From Bacteroidetes bacterium UKL13-3 (GTDB lineage: Bacteria; Bacteroidota; Bacteroidia; UKL13-3): a DNA stretch of 64,000 bases. Of this stretch, positions 61,091 through 64,000 are shown one piece after another. The first letter of the stretch is position 1, and each line of letters begins with the position of its first letter. The stretch lies in the NCBI GenBank assembly GCA_001602415.1, contig CP012155.1, positions 3,086,143-3,150,142 of the forward strand. The letters are read 5' to 3'. The position numbers and the translations under genes are program-made. The notes beneath the pieces were generated by a model. That model saw only the letters and a list, made by a program, of their open reading frames with translations. It ran no database searches and was not told the DNA's origin.

Positions 61091-61136
61091 GTCGAATTGA
61101 TTAATTGTCGAATCGGATTACTGTCGAATTGATTTA
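61091..61136. promoter_or_regulatory. three direct repeats TGTCGAAT(T/C)G(A/G)TT spaced 16-17 bp in the 5' region of the LpxH-like gene (candidate regulator binding sites)
   Basis: TGTCGAATTGATT (61091), TGTCGAATCGGATT (61107), TGTCGAATTGATTT (61124), immediately upstream of the start at 61084. Confidence 0.45.
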
Positions 61137-61186
61137 TTGATTGGTTCTGCTGCGCTAACTATGAACTGTGAACCATGATCTATAAA

Positions 61187-61846
61187 CTAACCCTCATGCT
61201 TGGCATCATCTATTAAAAACACGAATACTTCTTTAGGACCGTGAGCACCGATCACCAATGTTTTTTCAATATCGCTGGTGCGGCTTGGGCCGGAGATAAA
61301 GGAAATCATGGAAGGCAAGTTTTTTCCGTATTTGTTTCGCAACACTTGCAAACCATCTTTTATTTCCATTACCACTTGTGAAGTGTATGCTACTACAATA
61401 TGAACCGGAGGATAAATAGTAAGAATACGACAGTTTTTACCTGACGTAACCATTACCGAACCAGTACGAGCAATCAATGCTTCACAAGAAGTAATAGCAA
61501 CCTGCATTTTATTGGTGTTTTCTTTTTTATCGAAAAATGCTATGCCCGAATCTGTTAGTTGGTCTTGCAAATTGCTTTCCCAGCAAAAAAGGTTTTTCAG
61601 CTTTTTACGTTCAATCAACGTGAGGAATTTATCTATGAAATCGAATTTATTATCACAAATAATAAACTGCCCAGAGATGTTAGTAAACTCTTTGGCAAAG
61701 GTTTCGTAAATGGACTCATCGGCATCTGGATGCTTGTATACGTTACTCTCCAAATCAATATTGGTATACTTACTCTTCGATTTAAAAATCGAAGCAGCAC
61801 GTACTTTTTTTAGTATCTTTTCTTTGGAGGTAGTATTCTGTTCCAT
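61187..61846 (-). CDS. LUD domain (LutC/YkgG-like) protein
   Basis: 219 aa with ...AITSCEALIARTGSVMV...GPSRTSDIEKTLVIGAHGP, typical of LUD/DUF162. Confidence 0.6.
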   Translation of the reverse strand: MEQNTTSKEKILKKVRAASIFKSKSKYTNIDLESNVYKHPDADESIYETFAKEFTNISGQFIICDNKFDFIDKFLTLIERKKLKNLFCWESNLQDQLTDSGIAFFDKKENTNKMQVAITSCEALIARTGSVMVTSGKNCRILTIYPPVHIVVAYTSQVVMEIKDGLQVLRNKYGKNLPSMISFISGPSRTSDIEKTLVIGAHGPKEVFVFLIDDAKHEG

Positions 61847-61934
61847 TTGTGGGCAAGTTATTATTTTTTCGGGAAATGGAATAGCGGAAATTTCTGCGTA
61901 ATTGGTTTATATTCGGATACAGAAACACTAGACC

Positions 61935-62555
61935 ATGAACAAAATAATCCTCTTGATTTTTATACCTGTTTTTTTTGTGGGTTGTAAGAAACATAACACA
62001 TGCCCTGAGGACTCTCATTATCCATACTATATAACAGAATCTGATCTGACTAAAATACCTTATCAAAAAGACGGTTTGGATACCTTAATTTATACAAGCA
62101 ATGGCGATACTGCTATCCTTTATGGAACAGGTAGTAAACGTGATTTTGCCTATCACATCTATGAAACAAGTATGGCCTGTCCAAGCGTGGATTACAATGA
62201 TTATGAAATTCTTTATTATACTTTTAAAGGAAACCATCCTAACTTATCAATTATTACTTGCCATTATCAACGGTCGTTTTTCGCTCCTTCTGGACAAGGT
62301 TATTTTTCGCGTAACTTTAGTAAATATAGCATTATGAGGGGTAATAATTATCGCTACGATACAAATACACTTAATGATACAACATTGTATGCCGACTCTG
62401 TATTGATTGGTAATTTTTTGTATAAAGGCATCTCTGCAAAAGGCAGAAAAGGACCAGCAGAAGACATTGATAATTCTTTAATTGTGCTCTACAATTATCA
62501 ATATGGGATGCTACGAATAATTGACAATGGTAAAACTTGGGTTCGAAAATTCTAG
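61935..62555 (+). CDS. hypothetical lipoprotein
   Basis: MNKIILLIFIPVFFVGC lipobox. 206 aa with no recognisable domain. Confidence 0.45.
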   Translation: MNKIILLIFIPVFFVGCKKHNTCPEDSHYPYYITESDLTKIPYQKDGLDTLIYTSNGDTAILYGTGSKRDFAYHIYETSMACPSVDYNDYEILYYTFKGNHPNLSIITCHYQRSFFAPSGQGYFSRNFSKYSIMRGNNYRYDTNTLNDTTLYADSVLIGNFLYKGISAKGRKGPAEDIDNSLIVLYNYQYGMLRIIDNGKTWVRKF

Positions 62556-62564
62556 ATTGAATTT

Positions 62565-62604
62565 CCATTCATAGCTCAGGGTTTAAACCCTGAGCTATGA
62601 ATGG
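62565..62604. repeat. perfect 40-bp palindrome CCATTCATAGCTCAGGGTTTAAACCCTGAGCTATGAATGG
   Basis: Read directly from the sequence; exactly self-complementary. Lies 10 bp after the lipoprotein stop and about 115 bp before IS copy 2. Confidence 0.9.
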
Positions 62605-62718
62605 TAACTATTTATGATGAAAACAACAATACAAAGAAATTTTTGCCTCGTGAGGTAACAACACAAAAAATGCCTAATGGTGAAATGCTTATAACTTTAA
62701 ACTTTTAACATTATGAAA

Positions 62719-63811
62719 AAGCTAAGTTCAACAAATAAGTGCAATTTTTGAAACAAAAGAAAAAAGCTTTTGAGGGCTTTTTTCTTTTGACCAAGTAGTG
62801 CAATCTTTGGATTGTCTATGTCAAAAAATTACAAACAGCTCAGTTTAGAGCAAAGATATCAGATTGAATGTTTAATAAAAGCAGGGTTCAGTCAAAAAAA
62901 GATCGCAGAGCAATTAAACGTTCATGCATCAACTATAAGTAGAGAGCTAAAACGTAATATCACAAAGCGAGGAAAAACGGCAGGAGAGTATATGGCTCTA
63001 AATGCACAGCGTAAAACAAATATTAGACATTTAGAAAAACCTAAATATGAAGTATTTACAAGTGAAATGAAGCTTACCATTAGTAGCTATATTAAAAATG
63101 AAAGATGGAGTCCTGAATTGATAAGTAACTCCATTAACGATATGGTGAGCCACGAGCGAATCTATCAATGGATATGGGAGTGTAAGCATACTAATACGAA
63201 AGAAACTAAGCCATATAAGAAGCTGTATCAATATTTAAAGCATGGTAAAAGAAGGCGAAAACGAGGCAATAGAAAAGATAGTAGAGGCGTTATTTTAAAT
63301 AGAACCCCAATAGCTAAACGCCCAGCAATTGTAGCTCAAAGAAAGCGAATAGGAGATATTGAAGTGGATTTAATGATGGGAAGAAATCATAAAGGAGCAT
63401 TATTAGTTATGACAGACAGAGCTACTTTACATACCAGACTCAAAAAACTAACGGCAAAGGATAGCAATCAAGTTTATCAAGCCATTATAAGTAACCTAAT
63501 GAGGAATAAATACAAGCCTAAAACGTTGACTTTTGATAACGATAAAGCTTTTAGTTGTCACACTAAGGTTGCTAATCGAATGGATGTAAAAACTTTTTTC
63601 ACTAGACCATATACAAGCCAAGACAAGGGAACAGTTGAAAATAGAATTGGGGTGATAAGACGGTTTTTTCCTAAGAAAACAGACCTTACATTTGTATCAA
63701 ATAAACAAGTGCTTGAAGTTGAGCGTAAAATCAATAACAGGCCAATAAGAAAATTTAATTATTTAACCGCTAATCAAGTGCTACTAAAAAAATTGCACTT
63801 ATGACTTGAAC
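62719..63811 (+). mobile_element. IS30-family insertion sequence, copy 2 (intact, about 1.09 kb)
   Basis: IRL GTTCAACAAATAAGTGCAATTTTT (62726-62749) against IRR (rc) GTTCAAGTCATAAGTGCAATTTTTT (ending 63811). Single transposase ORF. Second copy elsewhere in the window. Confidence 0.85.
62812..63804 (+). CDS. IS30-family DDE transposase
   Basis: 330 aa. N-terminal HTH (LSLEQRYQIECLIKAGFSQKKIAEQLNVHASTISRELKRN). DDE region with TFDNDKAFSCH and ...VENRIGVIRRFFPKKTDL, characteristic of IS30. Confidence 0.9.
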   Translation: MSMSKNYKQLSLEQRYQIECLIKAGFSQKKIAEQLNVHASTISRELKRNITKRGKTAGEYMALNAQRKTNIRHLEKPKYEVFTSEMKLTISSYIKNERWSPELISNSINDMVSHERIYQWIWECKHTNTKETKPYKKLYQYLKHGKRRRKRGNRKDSRGVILNRTPIAKRPAIVAQRKRIGDIEVDLMMGRNHKGALLVMTDRATLHTRLKKLTAKDSNQVYQAIISNLMRNKYKPKTLTFDNDKAFSCHTKVANRMDVKTFFTRPYTSQDKGTVENRIGVIRRFFPKKTDLTFVSNKQVLEVERKINNRPIRKFNYLTANQVLLKKLHL

Positions 63812-64000
63812 TTACAAAATTATTTAATTGCATTAGTATTATTTAGTATTGTGTCTTACAAACTGAAAGCACAAACTACGTATTGGCCACCCAATACATA
63901 TTATGGACCTTTACACTTCTGGTTGTTAGAAGGCGGAGGCATTTTAGTCCATTGTGAAAATCTACATGGCGAGTGTGCAACTGTATATCGACCTAAACGG

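Noticed and set aside
49267-63811. Composite transposon formed by the two IS30 copies
   Set aside because: The interval contains prfA (an essential release factor) and other housekeeping genes, and copy 1 lacks its outer IR. This is more likely chromosomal DNA between two IS copies than a mobile composite element.

Overview
Single-contig chromosomal window of a Bacteroidota-like organism (about 40% GC by eye; T9SS-type C-terminal domain, DUF5686/DUF4834/DUF721 families, GTG/ATGA-coupled operons; TGA, TAA and TAG all used as stops). 1-47.7 kb is ordinary housekeeping DNA, densely packed: partial mnmG, ybeY, two M16 peptidases, an RluB-like pseudouridine synthase with a repetitive basic tail, tatA, gatA, an LT-LysM protein, radC, an IDH-family dehydrogenase, tRNA-Glu, gap, ALDH, a 1022-aa M1 peptidase, a TPR protein, a ComA-like phosphosulfolactate synthase, LOG, maeB, paaABC plus TetR plus SDR, rsmI, a PpiD-like chaperone, menB/menD, cyclophilin, DUF5686, recF plus DUF721, pdhA. 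47.7-64 kb looks like an accessory/rearranged region. It holds a RelE/ParE toxin-antitoxin pair, ribH, an XRE-type HTH gene with an in-frame stop, and two copies of one IS30-family element in inverted orientation (copy 1 at 49.27-50.16 kb is 3'-truncated with a nonsense mutation in the transposase; copy 2 at 62.72-63.81 kb is intact). The roughly 12.5 kb between them carries a CPBP intramembrane protease bracketed by about 125-bp direct repeats (a remnant of a deleted paralog), a 785-aa PDZ/alpha-beta-hydrolase/BNR-propeller fusion, an AraC regulator, an orphan hisF-hisIE pair with hisF lacking its start codon, SOUL and DoxX genes, prfA, an LpxH-like phosphoesterase and a LUD-domain gene. Several independent gene-inactivating lesions occur (NYN TGA, XRE TAA, transposase TAA, hisF start loss). 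No CRISPR array or rRNA is seen. All calls come from reading the ORF translations and the DNA directly; no database searches were run.
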